Below are positions 53,117-64,000 of a DNA stretch of 64,000 nt, piece after piece. The number at the start of each line of letters is the position of its first letter. Position 1 is the first letter of the stretch. Below the pieces are notes generated by a model. The model was not told where the DNA came from. It made no database searches and saw nothing but the letters and a program-made list of their open reading frames with translations. The translations under genes and the position numbers were made by a program. Origin of the DNA: Paraspadella gotoi (Eukaryota; Animalia; Chaetognatha); assembly GCA_051294375.1 (NCBI GenBank), contig JBJCIZ010000028.1, forward strand, positions 806,437 through 870,436. The letters run 5' to 3'.

Positions 53117-55146
53117 ATGGCTTCCGCCGCTCGTCTGCTCAATCCCGCTCGAGCGATCCTCTCCTTCGGGTCGACGTCGACCAAACGAGTTCGTCATTCG
53201 TCCCTCTACACTAAGACTCGACCCAATCTCTTGATCGGGGAGGAGACCAAGGTGATTTGCCAGGGATTCACCGGCAAGCAGGGAACCTTTCACTGCCAAC
53301 AGGCTCTGGATTATGGGACCAAGATCGTGGGCGGGGTCTCGCCCAAGAAGGCGGGGAAGACGCACCTGGGACTTCCGGTCTTCGGGACGGTTAGGTGAGG
53401 CGGAAGCATTATAATCTCTACCTGACTTTTTGTTGTTGATTATTATCATTTTATATTATATATATATTTATTTATCGTTTGCCTATGTAATATAACAACA
53501 TTAAACCTATCACTATCACTAGTTGTTGATCAAAAATTGACAATATGTAAATGATCTCATTTAAAAATCATCCACAAATTACTCTGCTAAAGTCTCATAT
53601 TTTCAACTCTCGACCAACAGGGACGCCGTTCGCGAAACCGGCGCCACGGCGTCTGTCATCTACGTCCCTCCGCCGGGCGCCGCCGCTGCCATTATGGAGG
53701 CGATGGAAGCGGAAGTCCCGTTGGGTGAGGAAAAACTTTGTGATCCGTGAACTTCATTATCTCGCAATTGGCCGATATTTAAATTTTATCCTTTTCTCCC
53801 CAGTGGTCTGCATCACCGAGGGCATTCCCCAGCAAGACATGACCAAAGTCAAGTGGCACCTCCTGCGCCAAGACAAGACCCGCATGGTCGGGCCTAATTG
53901 TCCCGGGATCATCGCTCCGGACGCCTGCAAGATCGGCATCATGCCCGGCCATATTCACGCGCGGGGAAGGGTCGGGATCGTGTCGAGGTATTGAGCGGTC
54001 GATTGGACCCGGTTATAAGTCTTAATTTTTTTTTTTTTTTTTTTTGGTCATTTGTCTTCATGATTTCCTCGTTAAAGGTCCGGCACTTTGACCTACGAGG
54101 CGGTTCATCAAACGACGCAGGTCGGTTTGGGTCAGACCCTCTGCGTCGGCATCGGCGGAGACCCGTTCAACGGGACGGACTTTGTCGCCTGCCTCGAGGG
54201 ATTTCTCCAGGTGAGTCAAGAGAGAATCTATTTCTATCAATAAAATATTTGCTAATTAATTATAAATTCTATCGTAAAAAGTTAAAAGTCGATCATAACT
54301 GATAACAAAACTCGAAATGAAACGTTTGGAGAAATTCACGACAATATGCAAATGAGATTTTTAAATTTTATCATTTTTAATCCCGAAGGACCCCGATACG
54401 GAAGGCGTGGTGATGATCGGCGAGATCGGCGGATCCATGGAGGAAAGAGCGGCGGAATACTTGATGGATCACAATCAAGGTTTCGGGGCGAGAGAAAGAG
54501 TATAGTGAATCGCTATTTAGTTTCTTTAGTTATAAAACAATTATATAATTAACTTATATTTTTTGCTGGCGCGCAGGTCCGAACGCTAAGCCCGTCGTGG
54601 CTTTCATCGCCGGACTAACGGCGCCGCCGGGGAGAAGAATGGGACACGCCGGTGCCATCATCGCCGGTGAGTTAAGGGGGGCGTGGTAATGTCGGGTTGG
54701 GATGATACGAGAAAGGAAGAAGAAGATATGAAAAAAGCGAGGTGATGAAGAGAAATCAAGTGAAATCAAGAGAAATCAAGTGTTGCCAAGAGTTATCGAG
54801 AGTTATCAAGGGTTATCAAGAGTTATCGAGTGTTATCGAGAGTTAGGAAGATTCTCAGCAAAGGTGAATAGAGTAAGTGTATTCAAATAGGTTGCCAAAA
54901 GTTAGTAGCGTGGTTCAATATAAAAAAACTACCTCGATAAATAATAAAAATAAAAAAAACTACCTCGATTCCTTTTCACATCCTTCTTCCCGCCCTTTCT
55001 TTTTCAAAGGCGGCAAGGGCGGCGCTGAAGCCAAAATAGCGGCGCTACGCCACGCCGGCGTCGACGTCACCAAGTCTCCCGCGCAAATGGGCGCCTTTAT
55101 GAAGGCGGCTCTGGAGAGGAAGGACGCCAGGGAGGCAGCCAACTGA
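53117..55146 (+). CDS. SUCLG1: Succinyl-CoA ligase alpha subunit, paralog B, 7 exons
   Basis: Exons 53117-53394, 53621-53724, 53804-53987, 54078-54210, 54389-54479, 54577-54666, 55010-55146. Same motifs as paralog A and an intact frame, with a different transit peptide. Confidence 0.95.
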
Positions 55147-55502
55147 AGTCTCCTCAGTGGAGACTAGTTTCTTAATAACAAAAAACGCTAGTCGATGGAT
55201 TTTTTTTATAGATGCTGCCACGCCCACCAAAATTAAAAGAAAAAAGGGGGGGGTAGGATCTCTTTATCCTTTTTTCTTTACGGCATTACGTTTTTTTTTG
55301 AGATTTTCTTCTTTCAAGGAGAGAGAGTATGTTATCTTCTTACTTCTTAGCCGATCATGATTAGTTCCGTTATTTTCTTTCGTCTAAGCCGATCATGAAT
55401 TACATTTCGTTTTTTCTCTTTTTAACATCTTGACATTTGACGGTTATTTACAGGAAAGTTGTTGTTGTGGGCGTCGTGTTAATTCTTTTATTGAAAACTA
55501 AA

Positions 55503-58500
55503 ATGGCTTCCGGACGAATAACTTCGTCGCTCGATCTCTTCGTCCCCGCGACGCGCGCTGCTGCCGCTGCTCTGTCGAGACGCTGCTTCTCCACGACGCG
55601 GGAGAATCGACTCCGCCTCGCCTCCGTCCTCAACGCTCAATCCGACGCAGCGCCAGTCGACGCCGCGGCGAACGCAAACAACAACGCCGCTACCCCTGCC
55701 GCCGCCATCGTCGCCGCTCGTTGCGACGCCGATGGAANNNNNNNNNNCTTCGCCGGCGGCGGCGCTCCATTGGGTGCCGATGATTTGAGACTAGCCGCCG
55801 GCGCCATCGCCGACTCGCGGTTCGAAATCAAAGAGGGGAAATCGGTGAGTCGATGTGGTTTATTAAGATTAAGTTTAATGCAGAGAGAGAGAGAGAGAGA
55901 TAGGCCGGGAATCTTTTTGTGCGATTAAATTTTAAAAAATTAATAAACATAATAGAAAAAAAGATGGAAAAAACAGAACATAAGAGAAAAGATAATATTT
56001 TGATAATGATTAAATAATAATTAANNNNNNNNNNTTTAAAAAAATAATAAATATAATAGAAAATAAGATGAAAAAAAAGAGAAATAAGAACATAAAAGAT
56101 AATATTTTGATAATAATTAAATAATAATTAATATTAAGAATTAAAAGATTAAATCCCACAAATGATTGAACGCTCTAAAAGCGTCTTCGTTTTAGTCGTA
56201 TCAACCGTCATAATTCGACTCAAAATTAAATAATGTGTTCATTGTTATTAATTTCTTTTGTTTACGATCTNNNNNNNNNNCATTTCTCTCCGCCAGGTTT
56301 GCCTGGTGGGCGTGGCGAAGTCGTTTCCATTGGTGACGGTGGTTGGGGTGGGGGAGGGGGAAGAGGAGGAGAAGGTGGACGAGAACGAAGAGATCGAGAC
56401 GAGAGGGGAGACAGTGAGGAAAGCCGTCGCCGCTGGGATGGCCGCCATCAAGGGGAAACCGTGAGTTCGTAGGATTCGATTTGACTTGAGTGATTGATTG
56501 GATTTTTGATTGTTACGTTGTTTTGAATAATGATTGATTGAGTATTGATTGAGTATAGATATTGATTGAATTATTAAATAACGGACTTATCGATGGATAA
56601 GATTTTAAGATTTATATTGTATTATTGATTGATAAGTTTATTAATTGAATTTTTCTTCTTTTAAATAAACGAGTTTTTGATCGTGATGATTGTTAACATT
56701 TGTCATTCGATCAATATCAGGGACATGCCTATTGCCTAAAAAGGCCTATATTTATCCTCCATCTATCTCTCTCTCTCTTGCCCCCTGAGTTATTTTAAAA
56801 GCCTTACCTTCCCTCACCTCCACCTCAGCTTCCCCAAATCTTCCCCGGTCCGCGTCCACGTCTCCGCCTTCTCTCCGTCCCACGTTCGCCAAATCGGCGA
56901 AGCCGTCGAACTCTCTCTCTACGACTTCGACGACTTCAAGAGCGAGAAGCGCGCCGCGCCGGAAGTGACGCTGGCGGCGGAAGCGGCGGCTGCGGAGGAG
57001 GCGGCGGCGAAGGAGTTTGAGAGAGGGCGGAAGTTGGGTGAGTTTTGAGAAATGTCTAGTCATGATAATTTTTCTGTTTTTAAAGATTTTATTGTTAAAA
57101 AAAGAGGAGTGATGAATTTAATTATAATGAACTCGCATCAGCTTTTAGCAGACGCGGCTAAACATTTTTTTTTTTTTTTTGGGCAAAATATTTTTACATT
57201 TGTCTTTTTGCCGCGAAACTATTATCTCTTTGCATCGAATCTTACGAATTCTTATGTTGATTAAATTCTCGAACCTAACTACAATTTTTTATGAAACAAT
57301 GAAAAGAAAAATGAATAAAAATAATGCCATAAATTCATTTACATTTTTTTCATTCTCAATGTGTCAATTTGATTATGAAAAATTGATAATCCGAACCTGA
57401 CTCGCGATCTCTCTCAATTCTCCCCTCGAAATCAGGCGCGGCCCAGAACCTGGCGAGATCATTGATGGACACGCCCGCCAATCACATGACCCCTTCCATA
57501 TTCGCCGAGAAGGTGGTCCAAGTCTTCGCCGATCACAAGGACAAAGTCAAGGTCGTCGTCAGAGATCAGGTGAGCCCGTGAGTCGCTTTTAATTTTATTG
57601 GCGCTGAATTGGCGCTGAAGACTCGTATGTGAGTCGAAACATGTCCGTTTCACTATGAAATAAAAATCGTTGTTAAAATCTCTCTTCAAACTTTGTTCTA
57701 ATTCAAATCACAACGAAAACAGAAAGGAAAAAAACACAATTTTATTACCATATAAGATTAAGTTTAATAACCTCATTTGCATAATAGTAGTAAATTAATC
57801 AGTTTCATTCTTTTATTCATGGTTCTCTTTGTGGCCCATTTTTCGGTTTAATCATTCTGCAGAAAATGTTTGACTATTTTCTATGCCTAACGGGTCGCAC
57901 GTTCAAGACGTCGCCCGTTATAGAGTACGACGATATATTATCAAAAACCCGTAGAAACTTTACTTTTAACGGGCAGACGCTGAGTTGATTCGATCAAGCG
58001 ATTGAATAACAGATTCATGATGAATCAGCCTACAAGTTAATATTAACCTTAAAAGGGTCAAGACTATTCGATAAAAAATAACCGGTCATTCGAAGTTGAC
58101 CGACTGAAAATGATAGAGGGCGAGGCATATTATTTTCCTCACATTCTTTTCTATATTGCTTAGTTATACTACATTGTTCATAGTGATTCTTTATTGAAGT
58201 AATTCTAATTTTAAAGATGACTATTTATCAGGCGTGGGCGGAATCCATGAAGATGGGTTCCTTCATCTCCGTGAGTCAAGGGTCGAGAGAACCTCTTCGC
58301 TTCGTCGAGATTCACTACGAAGGAGGAGAAGGGAATGAGTTGCCTCTCGCTCTCGTCGGCAAGGGAGTCACTTTCGATTCCGGTGAGGCGAGGGGAGTGG
58401 ATTGATTAATTTGATTGATTTGATGGATTAATTGATTGCGCTTCCTTTCTTTTTTTTCTGATTACACAGCTGATCAACTTGATCGATCGATTTTTAATTC

Positions 58501-60863
58501 ATTAGGATGTTTAATTAATTACGTTGATTTTATTTTGATTCGTTGGATTAATAATTAATTAATAATCTCCCTCCTTCAAAAAGGCGGCATCAGCCTGAAA
58601 CCGTCGGCCAGCATGCACGAGATGAAGGCCGACATGGGCGGCGCCGCCTGCGTGGTGGCGGCCATCAAAGGCGTCGCCGATTTGAACGTCAAGGTCAACG
58701 TCAAGGGATTCATCCCGCTCTGCGAGAACATGCCGAGCAGCACCGCCGTCAAGCCTGGGTGGGGGAAAGAAGAAGCGAGCCTTGTCGGCTTTTTCAGATG
58801 TTTTGATTTACTGCTTTGACTTAATATTAAATAAGTATCATATGACTTGGATTTTAAATGTCTGATTTAAATTGGTTTCACTTTAGCTGATCCAACTTGT
58901 CCTTACCTAATTTGAATTGACCCGACTTGACGTTATGTCACTCGAATTTATCTGACTAACATTGATATGATTTTACTTGAACTAACTTCGATTAATTTAA
59001 CTTAAATTGATCTGACTTCTATGGCGTTGACTTGGATTTTCCAGCGACGTGGTAACAGCCATGAACGGGAAGACGATTCAAGTGGACAACACCGACGCCG
59101 AGGGTCGCCTCATCCTCGCCGACGCCCTCTACTACGCTACCTCAACCTTCAAGCCCAAACTCTGTGTTGATCTCGCCACGCTTACAGGTAGAGGGGGCGG
59201 CGATCCCGTCGACAAGGTGTCATAGTTTGTTTAATGAATTTAACCAAGTAGTACTGAAAAAAAATAAAAATACTAAAGTAGGTTATATCACTACAATATT
59301 TCCCCGCCTTTTAGGCGCGATGGCCGTCGCCCTCGGAGGTTCCGCTTCCGGAGTTTTCACCAACTCCGAGGCTCACTGGACGAAGCTGCGGGAGGCCGGA
59401 GTGAGATCGGGTAAGTTCTTTCTTGGAAATATAGCTATGAAATTGGTACAACCAATGTAAAATGAAATGAAATTTGTACTACCGGCAATATAAAATTATT
59501 AATTCTTAAGCTATTCTTGCCTTCCTTGACTTTAGGCGGACTATGACGGGTTAAGACCTCCATCCCTGTTACAGGATAACTAACATATCAAGACTAATAA
59601 CTTTTATAATTGTATCAAAATCGGGAAATACTATATTGTATTGTGCTATCTGCATTACAGCATCAATACGCGCAGCTGACTGTTATGAAGTTGGCGTACA
59701 TTCAATACATTAATTGTCCTTTCATTTTTTTTAATTAATACTAAACACAATAAAAGACCGGAAAACTAAACTAAACTATTAAAATTTAACAAAAATAAAA
59801 GACCGTTTAAAATGGAATCATTAATAATAAAATGTTAATAAAAAATTAAAAAGACATTGACAATGGCAATCAAAAACACAGAGGTCTCTAAATGACATAA
59901 AAGGACGTAATAAATGGAGTTTTTTTTATATAAATTCATAAGTAACCTTCTTTTTTATTTATTTTTTTTTAAATACCAAAAACCGTATTGACAAAATCAG
60001 AAAAACGATATCTTTGTCGTTAATTCCCCTTTTTTAATACTCACATCCGGTTTGACAGGCGATCGAGTTTGGCGGATGCCTTTGTGGAAGATGTTCACCG
60101 ATCACATGAAAAAACCGGGCGTCGCCGACATTTGCAACTTGTCCGCGGGTGAGTCCGACGTTGATGATGTGAGAACCGAAAATTTGAAGAGTTGAGACGA
60201 TCCGTGGGGAAGGATATAAGTGCGGCAATATGCAAATTAGGTTTTTAGAAAGAAAAAAATATATAAGATAGCTTATTTATTAAATGAATGGATAATTTTT
60301 ATATTGGTTGTACCAATTTCATATAAGTAAGGGAGGGATGGAGAAAAAGAAAGAAAAAAAGAGATAGATAAATATGGATAGAAAAATTTTAGGTCGGGGT
60401 GAACAGGTAAAGAGAAAGAAAGAAAGATTGAAAAAGGTAAAGAATAAACGAATGAATGAAGGAAAAGGGAAACAATGAATGAAATAGGGAAAGAAAGAAA
60501 GAATGAATGATAAATGAAAAAGAGAAACAAATAATGAAAAAAAGGAGAGAAGAAATGAAACCGGGAAAGAAAGGAAGAGAGAGACTTTCATACATGAAAG
60601 AAATGAAAGTGAAGAATAATAGATAATAAATATAATAAATAATAAATCCAGGCTCCCACGCCCGCGCGGGCGGCGCCTGCACGGCAGCCGGTTTCCTCCG
60701 CGAGTTCGTCGACTTCGACTCGACGCCGAATTGGATGCACGTGGACATCGCGGGAGTCATGGGCGCCGGGGGTGGGGAAGTTCCTTACCTTTCCAAGAAG
60801 GGAATGGCCGGTCGGCCGGTGAGGACTTTGGTGGGATTCGTCGAGTCGCTGAGTAAAGGCTGA
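55503..60863 (+). CDS. LAP3: Leucine aminopeptidase, M17 family (LAP3-like), 10 exons, N-gap in exon 1
   Basis: Motifs [115 protein letters not shown] and GRPVRTLV. Confidence 0.93.
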
Positions 60864-61612
60864 GGAGGACGAGGAAGTTGTCGTTGTTGTTGTGGATGAT
60901 GGCAAAATTAAAACCATGATCCTCCCGACCGTGTGAAGATAAAGGACCCCATGTCTTTTCGGATACTTGCTTCAAAATAACCTCCATCGCCACGCCCAAC
61001 AGTCGCTCCTTCCGACGGTCCACTGCCAGAAAGACTTTGTAGCATCGTAGAAGTATCGTCGTAGCATCATCAAAGTATCTTCGTAGTATTACCGTGGGAT
61101 ATCCGTGGCATCGCCGAAGGCACTCTTGTTTTAGTCGTTACATCGGTTCTTTTGTTTTTTCTTTAGATCGGTGCGAATATTTTTTTTTAGAAGACGAGGT
61201 CGTGTTGATTCTTCTACTTTCGAACTGTGATTCTCTTTTTTCTCCTTTGGTATTTTACATTTTTTTTTCGCCCGATGTTATTATTTATTAGGAAAAGCCG
61301 GAAGTGCCTGACGCTTTTTTTGGGGGGGATCTTTTTTATGAACCGGCACCAACGGCGCCAGGATTTAAAACGAAAAAAAACCACCCCCCCCAAAAAAAAC
61401 CCAAAAAAAAATGACTGAATAAAAAAAAACATAAAAAAAAAGTAATCTAAACAATTTTCGAGTTTTTTTTTTACTCGCAGAGATTTGAATGAAATCTCTC
61501 TGATAATCATCGCAAAATTAATTTTCTCACTCTCGAATAAAAAAAAAAAAAAAAGCTTGGTCTACGTTTTAAAGGAATTTGCTCGAACTGAGAATAAAAC
61601 GAAAACGAAACA

Positions 61613-62692
61613 ATGTTTTCGTTTTGTTTTCTTTGTTCACTCCTTTTCTCCCTCGCCGTCTCCGCCCCGTCTCCGCCGGAGATGTTCGTTCTGAAGACGA
61701 CGGTCTTCATCGGCGCCGGAGGAGAGACCGTTCTGCCGTGCGACTACGACGGTGAGAGATTTGTGGGATTTGGATTTATTTTCGGTTGGGTTTCGGATTT
61801 GTTTGTGGACCGAGTTTGCGCAGCTACGGTTGAGTTAAAGAGTTGGTTGGTCGTTGTCAGGGCGATGATTGAATGGTTGGTTGTGTTGATCCATTCGTTA
61901 TCGGTCAACATTTTAAGTCAATTGAATTAGATAATCATATTATTTCATAAACCGATCTTCCTCGATTCTAGGCGAATTAAATAACCGTGTTTCTGGCGCC
62001 GTTCTCTGGTACCACGAGCCCGTGACGCCCGGCGCCTCGGCCCAGCAATTCCTCACGGTTTGGCATCACTCGAGGAACCAGGAGCCGCTCGTCAAGGGCG
62101 CCTTCGTCGGGAAGGTTCGCTTGGCGCCCTCCGATCGGGACGGCAAAGCGGCCTTGGAGATTATGGAATTCGACGGTAAAATCATTAGCCTAAAATCTTT
62201 TCGTTAAATAATAATTATGAACGATTTATCGATTATTATTTTTCAAATTATTTTCCAGCCACGATGATCGGCCACTTCAAATGCGAAGTCTACTACGAAG
62301 ACGCCACCGAATTTTCCGAACGCGCGATGCACGACGTCAAACTGGCACACCTCGGCGATCCCATTCTGCAAAGCGGAGAGTCGCCCGTTAAAGTCATCGA
62401 AGGTGCGGTGAAGCCTTTAAAAGACAATTATCAATAATATCTATAATAATAATAACATTTTATAATATATATAAAAAAGGGAAGCCAGTCTCCCTCGCCT
62501 GCTCCGTGGACGCCTTTCCTCGCCCGAGCATCGCGTGGAAAATGAACGGAGATCGAATCGATCGAGGCGTCGATTTTCCTGGCGACAACAACAACAACGA
62601 CGACGACAAAAAGAAGAAGAGATACGTCTCCACTTTTATTTTGACGCCGAAGAGGAAACATCAAGGGATGGAGATTAAGTGCATCGTTGACG
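61613..62692 (+). CDS. Ig-superfamily surface/secreted protein (signal peptide, V-like and C2-like domains); incomplete at the 3' end
   Basis: Exons 61613-61751, 61972-62175, 62259-62402, 62480-62692, all phase 1. Domain 1: VLPCDY...LWY...AALEI...GHFKCEV. Domain 2: VSLACSVDAFPRPSIAWKMNG...STFILTPKRKHQGMEIKCIV. Confidence 0.85.
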
Positions 62693-63264
62693 GTGAGATT
62701 GAGTTGAGGGCGGGGGGGGGTGGAATAGAGGTCCCAGAAATATCATACATTTATGAAAGTTCCTGATACCTGCAAAGTTTCTTGTGCCAAATTTAGTGGA
62801 GAAAACGAATATCACAATAAAAATTTTTCCTGGATGCTCATTATGGATTTTCCACGCCAGTTTTTGCGTTGAACCACTTCCGGTTTTAAAAATTCAAGAT
62901 TTTTGGAAATAAATAAGCTGTTATTCAGCCAGCATACTTAAATTAATCAAAATAAAGTTACCAATAACCTTAATATTTACATTTTTTATTTTAGTTTAAA
63001 AATAAGGTTATAAAAATATTATTACAAAAGGCGTCAAGTTAAAACTTCATAATTTTTTTAAGCCAAATTGGCCCTGACCAAACTACTTTACTAATTTTAA
63101 TAAAATTTTACTATCTGGTTAAACAAATAGAACTGTCTAAGGGATCTTAAATCTTTAATCTTTAAACCAAGATATTGGCTTTTAAAAAGATTACCAAGTG
63201 ATGCAAAAAGTAGCGATTAGATGGAAGGCAACTTAGCCTTTGCAGCTAGCAGCCTCTCACTCAA

Positions 63265-63880
63265 CTCTTACCCTAAACCGGGCCCTAAACAAAACCTTAA
63301 TCTTAATCCGTTTCCCTGGCTTGGGATATATAACCTAGCCCTAACCCTAACGTGGGCTTTTTGTCTTACCCGAGCAGACTTTCCCCTAACCTTAACCCAA
63401 GCTTGTGTACTTCCTGCTCAACCTTAACCCCAAACTGGTCCCTGATCCAAACCCTCACCAGTTTCCCTGGCTGGTGAAATCTGCAGAGAGCCACTTCCTT
63501 AGCCCTAACCCTAACCTAGGCCTCCTGTTTTATATCATGCCAGAACCCTAGCCCTGCATCACTCCAGAGCCTCACCACCAACCCTCACATCAGCCTGAGG
63601 TTCACCTCTGAGCCTCAACTCAGGCATCCCTACTTCCCAGCCATCAATAAGGCTAAATTTTAATTCTTAATTTCCTTCCCCAGTACTTTCCCTAACCCTA
63701 ACCCAAGCTTCCTGTCCTTTTCTTAGCCTGTCCAAATTGCAATATCACAATACTTAATCTTGTTATAAGCGAGCTTAGAAAGGCTTGTACTAGGGATATT
63801 AAGATTTGAGGCTTTCAAATAAATAAAAGGCCTCGACTAAGGTTTTGGTTGGGAGAGAGGTTTAGGGTTTGAAAGGTGAA
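63265..63880. repeat. Degenerate (CCCTAA)n-containing, CpG-poor repeat region
   Basis: CCCTAACCCTAA at about 63340, 63504 and 63691, several near-matches, and TTAGGG on the + strand near 63862. Confidence 0.6.
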
Positions 63881-64000
63881 GTGGGAAGGTCTTTGCTAAA
63901 GCCGACCAAGGCCCCAGGGACGCGGGGGCCCTTTTATCTAAATTCCTAGCTTTTCTTTTTGTATCATTTGGCAAACCTTTAAAAAGGCAATAAATAATTT

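Noticed and set aside
56795-56830. AAG acceptor at 56801 in LAP
   Set aside because: An in-frame CAG at 56828 with a strong pyrimidine tract is more plausible, so it was not counted.
60861-60925. Selenocysteine readthrough/SECIS after the LAP TGA stop
   Set aside because: The ATGA...AAA...TGA hairpin is far too short for a SECIS and the M17 domain is already complete.

Overview
Gene-dense, intron-rich genomic DNA from an animal, probably an invertebrate. Exons are GC/CpG-rich, introns are short and AT-rich, and there are six N-gaps. About 14 spliced genes can be rebuilt by hand, 13 of them on the + strand: SLC25A15-like carrier, VPS36, a BTB(-BACK) protein, MRPL13, MFAP1, kindlin (FERMT), FoxN1/4 (- strand), an orphan Cys-rich multipass membrane protein, a JARID2-like gene, ATP6V1H, two tandem SUCLG1 paralogs, an M17 leucine aminopeptidase, and a partial Ig-superfamily gene. 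The most notable points are: (1) the JARID2-like gene keeps the UIM, K116 (AQRKFA) and DFLxFLCLRG PRC2-binding motifs but shows no JmjN/ARID/JmjC exons before the next gene; (2) splice sites are unusually relaxed, with about 6 GC donors and about 15 AAG acceptors among about 89 introns, plus many degenerate GT donors; (3) one intron appears to have been born by exon-segment duplication, and intron positions differ between the SUCLG1 paralogs; (4) a dispersed repeat family and an octamer-containing motif are seen only in introns; (5) there is an internally deleted Tc1 element and a tRNA-derived SINE. Several single-base frameshifts and an inverted duplication next to a gap look like assembly errors. 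All gene models and counts are manual and need RNA-seq confirmation.
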